The notes beneath the pieces were generated by a model. The model was not told the origin of the DNA. It ran no database searches and saw only the letters and a program-made list of their open reading frames with translations. This document shows, piece after piece, positions 18,091-26,230 of a stretch of 64,000 nt of DNA. Origin of the DNA: an uncultured Gemmatimonadales bacterium (lineage in GTDB: Bacteria; Gemmatimonadota; Gemmatimonadetes; Gemmatimonadales; GWC2-71-9); assembly GCA_963751925.1 (NCBI GenBank), contig CAVVWJ010000001.1, forward strand, positions 452,497 through 516,496. The letters run 5' to 3'. Numbering within the stretch: the first letter of the stretch is position 1; each line of letters begins with the position of its first letter. The translations under genes were made by a program, and so were the position numbers.

Positions 18091-19631
18091 GCGATGGGTC
18101 CCGATGTCTCGTCGCGCTGGAACTCGTGTTTGTCCATCAGACGATACAGGGTAGTCCGGTCGATGCTCGCAAGACGCGCCGCTTTGGACATATTCCCCCC
18201 CGCTCGGCTGATCAGTCGGGTCAAATACTCTTTCTCGAACTGAATGACTACTCGGTCTTTTGCTGGGTGGTAGGCCTCATCCATGACGCCCGCCGGCGCA
18301 ACCGCCTCGGCCGGCCATTCGGCGCTTTCATCGTAGACCGGAATATCGTTGGGCTGAATCGACTGGTCTGGCTCCGCCAGCACCGCGACGTGCTCGATGA
18401 CGTTTTGCAATTCCCGAACATTGCCCCGCCATGGGCGTGAACGTAAGAAGGCGATGCTCGCCTCGGTCAGGTGCGGAGGGCGATCACCCATCTGCCGGTG
18501 ACGCTGCCAGTAGTGTGTCAAAAAGTGATTGGCCAGGATCGGAATGTCTTCTGGCCGCTTTCTCAATGGCGGCAGCTTGATCGGCACGACTCGCAGGCGG
18601 TAGAACAGGTCTCCCCGAAGAAGGCCCTGGTCGACAGCCTCCTGGGGATCGCGATTGGTAGCCGAGATGAATCGGACATCTACGACCGCATCCTGTTGTT
18701 CGCTGCCTACGCGTCGAACGACGCCGTCCTGAATAACCCGAAGCAGCTTCGCCTGCAGCGGCATCGTCATCTCGGTCAGCTCATCCAGGAAGAGCGTGCC
18801 CCCGTTGGCTGTCTCGAGCAGGCCCGGCTTGTCACGGTCCGCCCCGGTGAACGCGCCCTTTCGGTGGCCGAACATCTCTGACTCCAGCAACGGCTCCGGT
18901 AAGGCGGCGCAGTTGATCGGCACCAACGTCCTGCTGGCGCGCCGGCTGTTCTGGTGAATGAACTGGGCGATGACTTCTTTGCCGGTACCACTCTCGCCGC
19001 TGATAAACACCGAGGCATCGGTTGCTGCCACCTTCCGGGCCAGATCGACAGCCTTTCGGAACAGGGGCGAAATGCCGATGAGCGCGATCTTGTCACTGTG
19101 CCCGATCTGCTTCATGAGCTGAACCCGCAGATCCTGCGCTTCGCGCGACATCATAACTGCATGGGATGCGCGCCCGATCAACACCTGCAGATGCGTGGCC
19201 GAAAACGGCTTGGGCAGGTAGTCCCAGGCACCCGCACGGAGAGCCTCGATGCTGCTGGTCACGCTGGGGTTGCCAGTCATGACCACCACAATCGTGTCCT
19301 TGTAGGCCTCCAGCGTAGCCTGCAGGATCTCGAGCCCGGAGACTTGGGACATATACAGGTCGACGAGGATGATGTCGAACTTGCGCCGCCGAACTGTCTC
19401 GAGAGCTTCTTCGCCCCGACCGATAAGGGTCACATTGTACCCATCCATCTGCAGAACGCTGGCGCAGCTCTCCCGGAGGGTGCGCTCGTCGTCGACTACG
19501 AGCACCCGAATGCTGGCTTTGACTTCGCTGGGTATGGAAAGCGGGTCGCGCGAGGCGGTCTCGGACACGGAAGGGGGCTTCCGATCCGGTTGAACTAGGG
19601 GGATAGCCATCCTGCTAAACTCCCGGGACAA
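18087..19631 (-). CDS. Sigma54-dependent response regulator (NtrC family: receiver, AAA+ and Fis-type HTH)
   Basis: VLVVDDE...DIILVDLYM, Walker A GESGTGKE, GAFTGA loop, Walker B LFLDEL, and a C-terminal HTH NMSKAARLASIDRTTLYRLM. Confidence 0.92.
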   Translation of the reverse strand: MSREFSRMAIPLVQPDRKPPSVSETASRDPLSIPSEVKASIRVLVVDDERTLRESCASVLQMDGYNVTLIGRGEEALETVRRRKFDIILVDLYMSQVSGLEILQATLEAYKDTIVVVMTGNPSVTSSIEALRAGAWDYLPKPFSATHLQVLIGRASHAVMMSREAQDLRVQLMKQIGHSDKIALIGISPLFRKAVDLARKVAATDASVFISGESGTGKEVIAQFIHQNSRRASRTLVPINCAALPEPLLESEMFGHRKGAFTGADRDKPGLLETANGGTLFLDELTEMTMPLQAKLLRVIQDGVVRRVGSEQQDAVVDVRFISATNRDPQEAVDQGLLRGDLFYRLRVVPIKLPPLRKRPEDIPILANHFLTHYWQRHRQMGDRPPHLTEASIAFLRSRPWRGNVRELQNVIEHVAVLAEPDQSIQPNDIPVYDESAEWPAEAVAPAGVMDEAYHPAKDRVVIQFEKEYLTRLISRAGGNMSKAARLASIDRTTLYRLMDKHEFQRDETSGPIA

Positions 19632-19749
19632 GACCGCAGTGCGGTCAGTTGGACTCCGAGCCAGCTCGTTACTCGAGCGCGAGGACTAGTGACACACTAC
19701 CCGTCACGGAGCCCTGGAACCGGCTCCAAGCGCAACAGCAGGAGTAACG

Positions 19750-19778
19750 TTTCTACCACAGAGTGCGGCAAAAGTCAA
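19750..19778 (-). promoter_or_regulatory. Candidate sigma70-type promoter for the sigma54-regulator/kinase operon (TTGACT-N17-TAGAAA on the minus strand)
   Basis: The reverse complement of 19773-19778 is TTGACT and of 19750-19755 is TAGAAA, with a 17-nt spacer. It sits in the 217-bp gap upstream of 19631. Confidence 0.3.
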
Positions 19779-19848
19779 GCAGGTGAGGCGAGGAGTCCAC
19801 AGACTTCGCTGTAACTACTGGTGAGACCGTGGTTTCCGTTCGACAGTC

Positions 19849-20802
19849 CTAGGTGGGGTAAGAGAGCGGTGCGGGTTCGAAGGCTCTCACCTGCTCGCTG
19901 TCACCATCACGCTTGAGGTCTCTGAGGGCAGTTGTAGCGCGTAGGAGGAGCTCCACCGCATCGACAGGTGATTCAGCGAAATCCGGGACGGCACAGTAGC
20001 CTGCCCTGACCCTGAGGGATCTTTCCCCACCCCTGACCGGGATCGGAGAAGCCTCGATGGTCCCACCCAGCCGGCGGACCAGGCGGAGCACCCCTTCGCT
20101 ATCAGTAGCGGGCGCAATGATGCCAAACTCAGAATGGCCCAACCGGCCAATGGCGTCTGAAGAGCGTCCGACGCGCTTGAATAGTTGGCCCACCTGCTCA
20201 GCAATTCGCTGTACTTCCTCGTCTGGTGGCTCCCCAGGTCCCTCGCTTTCAGGAGAAAAGACTACACAGGCCAGCGGATCGCGCCGGCGGAATGCATCCG
20301 CCCCTATTTCATGGGCGCGCCGAGCCAAGCCGCGCATGTTGTAGAGGCCAGTGCCAGGATCCACCAGGCTCTCATCCCGTAGCGCGTCAGCTTCGACCTT
20401 ACACTGGAGAAAGGTCGCGAGCTTGAGCAACAGCGCCTCTCCATCCAGCGGTTGGCCCAGGAATTCCCAAGCACCTGCGCGATATGCTTCGAGGCGTTGG
20501 GTTCGGCCTGAGGGTCCAGAAGTGGTGATGATGATGGGGGTGGTGGAGCTGAAGCGGGGATCGGCTCTGAGGAGTCTGCAGACCTCAAAGCCGTGAACAT
20601 CCGGCATCTGGGCATCCAGTATGATCAGATCCGGTCGCGTGGTTCGTGCGCGCTCCAGCGCCTGCTGGCCGGTGTAGGCGCGTACGACCGAGTAACCACT
20701 GGGCCCCAGAATACTCTCGAGCGATCGCGCGGACCATTCCTGATCGTTTGCAATGAGGACGAGAGGGGCCGAGGGGGGCGATTCTGAGTTAGCCATTCGC
20801 AT
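19849..20802 (-). CDS. Response regulator with a degenerate GGDEF domain (GHSEF) and a retained RxxD I-site
   Basis: Receiver: DLIILDAQMPDVHG. GGDEF-domain start: DPGTGLYNMRGL. RSSD-AIGRL-GHSEF stands where RxxD-N5-GG(D/E)EF is expected. Confidence 0.85.
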   Translation of the reverse strand: MRMANSESPPSAPLVLIANDQEWSARSLESILGPSGYSVVRAYTGQQALERARTTRPDLIILDAQMPDVHGFEVCRLLRADPRFSSTTPIIITTSGPSGRTQRLEAYRAGAWEFLGQPLDGEALLLKLATFLQCKVEADALRDESLVDPGTGLYNMRGLARRAHEIGADAFRRRDPLACVVFSPESEGPGEPPDEEVQRIAEQVGQLFKRVGRSSDAIGRLGHSEFGIIAPATDSEGVLRLVRRLGGTIEASPIPVRGGERSLRVRAGYCAVPDFAESPVDAVELLLRATTALRDLKRDGDSEQVRAFEPAPLSYPT

Positions 20803-21224
20803 TTGCCGGATGAGGAGAAGCAGTTGGGGGCTGACCGGCCGAGTTGCAGGAGTCGTGCGCTTCCGTCAAAGTTGGCATAAATCATTGCCAGTTCTTTACG
20901 TAACTGCCTTCGACCTGATTTACCAAACACCACACCGCTGAGGTCGTGCAACACTTTGGATGCTGAGATGCCACGGCACTTGACACCGTGCAGATTGTGG
21001 CAATGCGGCCGATGCCGGTGTTGTTCTGGAGCAACGACTGCGGAGCTGCCACGGCGGGGGGCCCCTCGCCTGAGGTCGCCGCAAGTGACCGCTACTCCAT
21101 GATTTAGGTCCCTTATCAAGCGTCCGCCAGGTGCGCCTTCAGCACCCCGAATCTGCGGCTCCATCCTTGAAGGGGAGTGCTCATCCCAAGGTGAAAACGA
21201 ACTCCTGACGGAAGTCGACGCACC

Positions 21225-21440
21225 ATGCCGAGCGAATCGCTGCATGACACCACACCGCACGAGACCGATAGCTCGACTCACGATAGTGAGGAGAGCCAGG
21301 TCGATGCCGATCAGAAGATCGAGAGTCCGGTGGAGCTGTCGGAGTTCAGCCAGCGCCTTGCGAGCTTCGGTCTGGGCGAAGCCCCCGATCCTCTCCTGAC
21401 GGAAGCTCGGCCCCCGAGCAAGCGCCGGCGGAGGGCTTGA
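21225..21440 (+). CDS. Possible small acidic protein (71 aa) with a basic C-terminal KRRRRA; weak call
   Basis: An ATG ORF in the 814-bp gap upstream of the polysaccharide operon. There is no clear SD and the sequence is low complexity (D/E/S/T-rich). Confidence 0.2.
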   Translation: MPSESLHDTTPHETDSSTHDSEESQVDADQKIESPVELSEFSQRLASFGLGEAPDPLLTEARPPSKRRRRA

Positions 21441-21616
21441 TCTCTGGTTCAGCCGGCTGAGTGAGTAGCGTCACAGGGAACTCCAGAGTCCCTCATTAAG
21501 GTACAAGCTGGGCCCCGGTTATTATGTCACGGCCGAGCTGCAGTGGTCGCACTGCTAGGTTCCTTATTTAACTGGCAGGTAAACAGTTTCTTTTTCACTT
21601 CTTTCCGAGCCCACTG

Positions 21617-22393
21617 ATGGGAATTGTCATGCCCGGGGTACGTAGCAGTCACCCTTCGCTTCCCGCGATCAGGGTTCGGCTCGAACCTGCGCTCGCTCGC
21701 CATCACTATCAGGACTGGAGTCATGGAAGCGAGCAGAGTGCTGCTTCAAATGCCCCGGAGTGGGTCCGGCGTAGCGTCAACTTTGTTCTTGCCCTGGTAG
21801 CGTTGATCGTCACCCTGCCGCTCATGGTGTTGATCGCGGTACTCGTCTGGGCCACGTCGAAGGGGCCCATCCTTTACACCCAGGTTAGGATCGGACTGGA
21901 TCGACGGAGGCCGGTGAGCAGCAGCCAGAATCACCGGCGCGAGCGGGACCTGGGCGGGGTACCGTTCACGATCTATAAGTTCCGCACCATGCGGGTGGAC
22001 GCCGAGCACCAGAGCGGCGCGGTCTGGGCCCAACAGAGCGATCCCCGGGTCACCCCGGTGGGCCGGCTCCTGCGCCAGTACCGGCTGGACGAGCTGCCCC
22101 AGCTGCTCAACGTGCTCAAGGGCGAGATGAACATCGTGGGCCCCCGGCCCGAGCGGCCCACCATCTTCGCCGAGCTGCGCGAGCACATCGCCGAGTACCC
22201 GCTGCGCCAGCGGGCCAAGCCCGGGATCACCGGTCTGGCCCAGATCAACCATCACTACGACCGCTCGCTCGAGGATGTCCGGACCAAGGTGCACTACGAT
22301 CTCGAGTACATCCGCCGCCAGTCCGTCACCGAAGACCTGCGGATCATGCTGAAGACCGTCCCCGTCATCCTCCTCCGACGCGGCGGCTGGTAG
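21617..22393 (+). CDS. Polyprenyl-phosphate hexose-1-phosphate transferase (bacterial sugar transferase, small WbaP/EpsL type), the priming enzyme
   Basis: One transmembrane helix FVLALVALIVTLPLMVLIAVLVW, then GPILYTQVRIG, FTIYKFRTM, RLDELPQLLNVLKGEMNIVGPRPERP and KPGITGLAQI. Confidence 0.9.
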   Translation: MGIVMPGVRSSHPSLPAIRVRLEPALARHHYQDWSHGSEQSAASNAPEWVRRSVNFVLALVALIVTLPLMVLIAVLVWATSKGPILYTQVRIGLDRRRPVSSSQNHRRERDLGGVPFTIYKFRTMRVDAEHQSGAVWAQQSDPRVTPVGRLLRQYRLDELPQLLNVLKGEMNIVGPRPERPTIFAELREHIAEYPLRQRAKPGITGLAQINHHYDRSLEDVRTKVHYDLEYIRRQSVTEDLRIMLKTVPVILLRRGGW

Positions 22394-22628
22394 CGCTTCT
22401 TCCATTGGGGGTTTGCCTCGGCCGCGTCCGTCCCGGCCGTGGCAGGCAAGCGACAGTCAGTGCCGCAGGACGGCCCTCCTGGCAGTTTCGGTTTCCGGAT
22501 CTCCCGCTCACCTGTTGCCGCTCAACGAGTTACCGACGCGCCCTCCGCCCGTCCTGAGGAATGGTGATTGCTGGTATGCAGATAACTTCGGGCATATGTT
22601 CAGCAGGTCCAGACCTTTACAAGTGGAG

Positions 22629-23609
22629 ATGATGACCCAGCCTTCTTTGTCCACTCCAGCATCCGGCAGCGCCCCCGGTCTTTCGGTGGTCGCTCCGCTC
22701 TACAACGAGTCGCAGAATGTGCGGCCGTTGGTCGAGTGGATTTTGCAGGCGCTCGTGACCTACCCTGAGACCTTCGAAATCATCCTGGTGGACGATGGCA
22801 GCCGGGACGAGACCTGGAGTGAGGTGCTGGCCTGCGCCGCTGCCGATCAGCATGTCCATGGTCTTCGGCTGGGAAGGAATGTGGGTCAGACGGCAGCCAT
22901 GATGGCAGGATTCGACCACGCACGCGGCAAAGTCATAGTGTCACTGGACGGCGACCTACAAAATGATCCGCGCGACATCCCGGCTCTGGTTTCGAAGCTG
23001 GATGAAGGGTATGACCTGGTGTGTGGCTGGCGCCGCCAGCGACAGGATAAGTTGTTGCTGAGGAAGATTCCCTCCTGGGTGGCTAACCGCCTGATCCGCC
23101 GGCTGACCGGGGTGCCGATCACCGACAACGGCTGCTCTCTTAAGGCATATCGACGCGACCTGCTCTCCCGTATCTCGCTGTACGCCGAGCAGCATCGTTT
23201 CATTCCCGCTCTCTCGGCGAGTATGGGGGCCCGCATCGCGGAGATGCCAGTGCGCCATCATGCGCGCCGGTTCGGCGAGAGCAAGTACGGGATTTCCAGA
23301 ACAGTCAAGGTGCTGATCGACCTGATCACCTTGAAGATGATCACCACCTTCAGGTCCAGGCCACTTCTTGGATTCGGAGTGGCGGCAATACCACCGCTGA
23401 TAGCCGCTTTCGTCTTCGGAACACTCTGGCTCTTCAGTCTGACGCACTTCAGCCCGGAAAAGGCGTCCGCACTGGTGTTTCCGGGCGCCGGCCTACTCTG
23501 GGTCGGACTCGCGTTCTACCTTTTCATGCTGGGCCTGGTGGCTGAGGTTGCTCTCAGCAGCGAACGCGGACATGCGAACGACATCCCAACCGCGTGGGAG
23601 ACCAACTGA
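22629..23609 (+). CDS. GT2 glycosyltransferase, GtrB/DPM1/ArnC-like polyprenyl-phosphate glycosyltransferase (intact acidic motifs)
   Basis: LSVVAPLYNES, ILVDDGSRD, SLDGDLQNDP, and two C-terminal transmembrane helices with LGLVAEVAL. The start is uncertain (ATG at 22596, 22629 or 22632); the ORF-track start at 22413 looks non-coding. Confidence 0.85.
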   Translation: MMTQPSLSTPASGSAPGLSVVAPLYNESQNVRPLVEWILQALVTYPETFEIILVDDGSRDETWSEVLACAAADQHVHGLRLGRNVGQTAAMMAGFDHARGKVIVSLDGDLQNDPRDIPALVSKLDEGYDLVCGWRRQRQDKLLLRKIPSWVANRLIRRLTGVPITDNGCSLKAYRRDLLSRISLYAEQHRFIPALSASMGARIAEMPVRHHARRFGESKYGISRTVKVLIDLITLKMITTFRSRPLLGFGVAAIPPLIAAFVFGTLWLFSLTHFSPEKASALVFPGAGLLWVGLAFYLFMLGLVAEVALSSERGHANDIPTAWETN

Positions 23610-23610
23610 C

Positions 23611-24597
23611 GTGAGCGCACAGGGAATCCTGATGGAGCGAGCTTCCGAAGCCGCAGTCGAGACGGTCACCGAACCCAGGCACATTTCGGTTGTTGTGCCG
23701 GTGGTGGAGCGTGCCGACGAGCTGATGGCGGTGTACCAGGCGTTCGCAAGAGAACTCGATGCGAGAGGCGAGAACTACGAGTTCGTCTTCGTGTTCGACG
23801 GACGGTTCAGCCCTCCACCCGAGCTGACTGCGCTCTCGCAACGGACCGACCAGGTACGAATTCTCCGTTTCGCCCGGCAGTTCGGCGAGACTGCCGCGCT
23901 GCGCCTCGGCATCGAGAAGAGTCGCGGAGATCTGGTGCTGACCCTGCCACCCTACTTCCAGGTCCAGCCATCGAGTCTGGGGTTGCTGCTGGACACTGCG
24001 GGCGGGGATGCCGACATGGCCGTGGCCAGCCGTTCGCCCCGGCTGGACAGTTGGCTCAACCGCCTACAGTCGCGTGCCTTCCACAGTATCGTGGGAGGCG
24101 TCTCCGAGCAGCGCTTTCACGATATGGCGTGCGGCGTCCGGCTGATGCCACGCTCGGTGGCAACGGCACTGCCTTTGTACGGTGATCTCCACCGGTTCAT
24201 CCCGGCGCTGGCGTTGCGTGAGGGTTTCCGGGTTCAGGAAGTCCCGCTGCCACAGCACCCCAGCGATGCCCGGACGCGGCTGTATCGTCCAGGCGTTTAC
24301 ATACGGCGCCTACTCGACATCGCGGCATTCTTCTTTCTCGCCAAATTCACCGAAAAGCCCCTGCGATTCTTCGGCCTTGTCGGCTCTCTATTCATGGCAG
24401 TCGGGGTGGTGTTGAGCATTATCCTTTTTGTGCAGCGGGTGGAAGGCCAAGGCATTGCGAACCGACCGGCTCTTCTGCTGGCCGTGTTGCTACTGGCTCT
24501 TGGCGTCCAGCTCATGGGGCTTGGCCTGGTCGGTGAGATCATCGTGCACCTCCGCGCTCCCCATCGGCGCACCTATCGGGTGCGCGAATGGGTGTGA
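23611..24597 (+). CDS. GtrB/DPM1-like GT2 paralogue with degenerate catalytic acidic motifs
   Basis: Same architecture as the upstream gene (ISVVVPVVE..., two C-terminal transmembrane helices, LGLVGEIIVHL). However, FVFDGRFS replaces LVDDGSRD and TLPPYFQVQP replaces SLDGDLQNDP. Start at GTG 23611 or ATG 23632. Confidence 0.75.
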   Translation: MSAQGILMERASEAAVETVTEPRHISVVVPVVERADELMAVYQAFARELDARGENYEFVFVFDGRFSPPPELTALSQRTDQVRILRFARQFGETAALRLGIEKSRGDLVLTLPPYFQVQPSSLGLLLDTAGGDADMAVASRSPRLDSWLNRLQSRAFHSIVGGVSEQRFHDMACGVRLMPRSVATALPLYGDLHRFIPALALREGFRVQEVPLPQHPSDARTRLYRPGVYIRRLLDIAAFFFLAKFTEKPLRFFGLVGSLFMAVGVVLSIILFVQRVEGQGIANRPALLLAVLLLALGVQLMGLGLVGEIIVHLRAPHRRTYRVREWV

Positions 24598-24679
24598 TCG
24601 CCCCCCGGACTCGTGTCGCTGCGGGTCCGTAAGGGCCCCAGCCCGCACACCCACCCGCGACGATCTTCCCCACTTCCGA

Positions 24680-26230
24680 ATGCGACGCGATCTTACCCGC
24701 CTTGGCGGCTCGACTTTCGACCTTCTGGTGGTCGGTGCCGGGATTCATGGTGCGTGCGCTGCCTGGGACGCTGCCCTGCGTGGTCTCTCGGTCGCGATAG
24801 TAGACCAGGACGATTTTGGTGCGGCAACATCGGGAAACAGTTTGAGAATCATTCACGGCGGGCTCCGTTACTTGGCCCGAGGTGAGTTTGGGCGCATGAT
24901 GGAGTCGGTGCGTGAGCGGTCGACGCTGCTCCGAATCGCTCCGGGGCTGACCGCGCCTCTGCCAGTCTTAGTGCCGACATATGGGGCCGGATCACAGAGC
25001 CGGGCGGCGTTCAGAGTAGCCCTCGGGGTGAACGATCTGCTCTCTTCACATCGCAACCGCGGCTTGGATCCGGCTCGACGGATCCCGGCAGGGCGTCTGG
25101 TGAGCCGGGACCAGTGTCTCCGACTCTTCCCCGCCGTACATTCCAACGGATTGACCGGTGGCGCCCTCTGGTTCGACGCTCAGATGCTGCACCCGGAGCG
25201 CCTCACCTTCAGCTTTGTGCGCGCGGCCACTAAACACGGAGCGGTTGCGGCGAATTACCTGCGAGTGGATCAGCTCCGCACTCGCGATCGAAGCGTAGTT
25301 GGTGCGCGAGTCACTGATCGTCTCACCGGCTCGGGGTTCGATATCGAGTCACGGGCGGTGTTGGTTGCGGCGGGTCCCTGGACCCATGAAGTTGTCGCAA
25401 AGACCATCAGCAACGGCCCCAGCGCTGCGCCGCGGCCGCGCCGAGCGTTTGCCATGAACGTGGTCCTGACGCGCCGTATCGCCGAGGTTGCCGTAGGGAT
25501 CCGTTCGAGCACCTCCAGCTGCGACGACCCGATTTGCGGGGGAGGGCGGTTCATCTTCATGGCCCCGCAAGGAGGGTCGACTGTTCTGGGAACGTGGTAT
25601 GCGCCCGAGGGGCAAGGCGACGCCGAAACCCTACGCGAACGCGGTGTGCGCGCGCTCCTCGACGAGTTCAACGTGGCGTGCCCGGGACTGGGACTTTCAC
25701 TGAGCGACGTTGCGCGGTGCCAGTGGGGTTGGCTCCCGCTCAAGTCGGGCCTGGAGCCCGGACGCGCCGATGCGCTGGCCGAACGCGCCCGGGTGATAGA
25801 TCATGGCCGGAGTCACGGCGTCCGGCACCTCCACTCGGTCGAGGGTGTGAAGTACACCACCGCGCGGAGCGTGGCCGAGCAGGCGGTGGACCGGATAGTG
25901 GCTGATCTGGGCCGAGCCGCCGCTCCATGCCGCACTGCGGAGATTGCGGTAGCGAGCGAGCTCGAGGCGGTCACACTGGCTGCTCCAGGCCGCACAGCCG
26001 AGGTGACGCTCCAGGCCGTGCGTGAGGAGATGGCCATCAAGTTGTCGGATGTCGTGTTTCGCCGTACTTCATTGGGCTCCGCCCCGGGACCCGAGCGCAC
26101 AGCGCTGGAAGAGGCGGCTCGAGCCGCGGGCGCGGAGCTCGGCTGGGATGCTACTCGCAGGGAGGCGGAAATTCAGGACGTGCTCAGGCAGACCGGTCGT
26201 TCGCTGCCCGCCATGGAGGCAGTAGGGTGA
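24680..26230 (+). CDS. FAD-dependent oxidoreductase, GlpD (glycerol-3-phosphate dehydrogenase)-like
   Basis: The ATG at 24680 gives MRRDLTRLGGSTFDLLVVGAGIHGACAAWDAALRGLSVAIVDQDDFGAATSGNSLRIIHGGLRYL, followed by C-terminal LSDVVFRRTSLG. The ORF-track start at 24428 lies inside the preceding gene. Confidence 0.8.
   Translation: MRRDLTRLGGSTFDLLVVGAGIHGACAAWDAALRGLSVAIVDQDDFGAATSGNSLRIIHGGLRYLARGEFGRMMESVRERSTLLRIAPGLTAPLPVLVPTYGAGSQSRAAFRVALGVNDLLSSHRNRGLDPARRIPAGRLVSRDQCLRLFPAVHSNGLTGGALWFDAQMLHPERLTFSFVRAATKHGAVAANYLRVDQLRTRDRSVVGARVTDRLTGSGFDIESRAVLVAAGPWTHEVVAKTISNGPSAAPRPRRAFAMNVVLTRRIAEVAVGIRSSTSSCDDPICGGGRFIFMAPQGGSTVLGTWYAPEGQGDAETLRERGVRALLDEFNVACPGLGLSLSDVARCQWGWLPLKSGLEPGRADALAERARVIDHGRSHGVRHLHSVEGVKYTTARSVAEQAVDRIVADLGRAAAPCRTAEIAVASELEAVTLAAPGRTAEVTLQAVREEMAIKLSDVVFRRTSLGSAPGPERTALEEAARAAGAELGWDATRREAEIQDVLRQTGRSLPAMEAVG

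Noticed and set aside
20873-20888. A sigma54-like promoter TGGCAT-N6-TTGC upstream of the polysaccharide locus. Another, TGGCACG...TCTGC, lies at 29101-29116.
   Set aside because: In both, the GG-to-GC spacing is 11 nt instead of the invariant 10. The second also lies inside a methyltransferase coding region. I could not find a correctly spaced -24/-12 element by eye despite the two sigma54 activators, so a proper PWM scan is needed.
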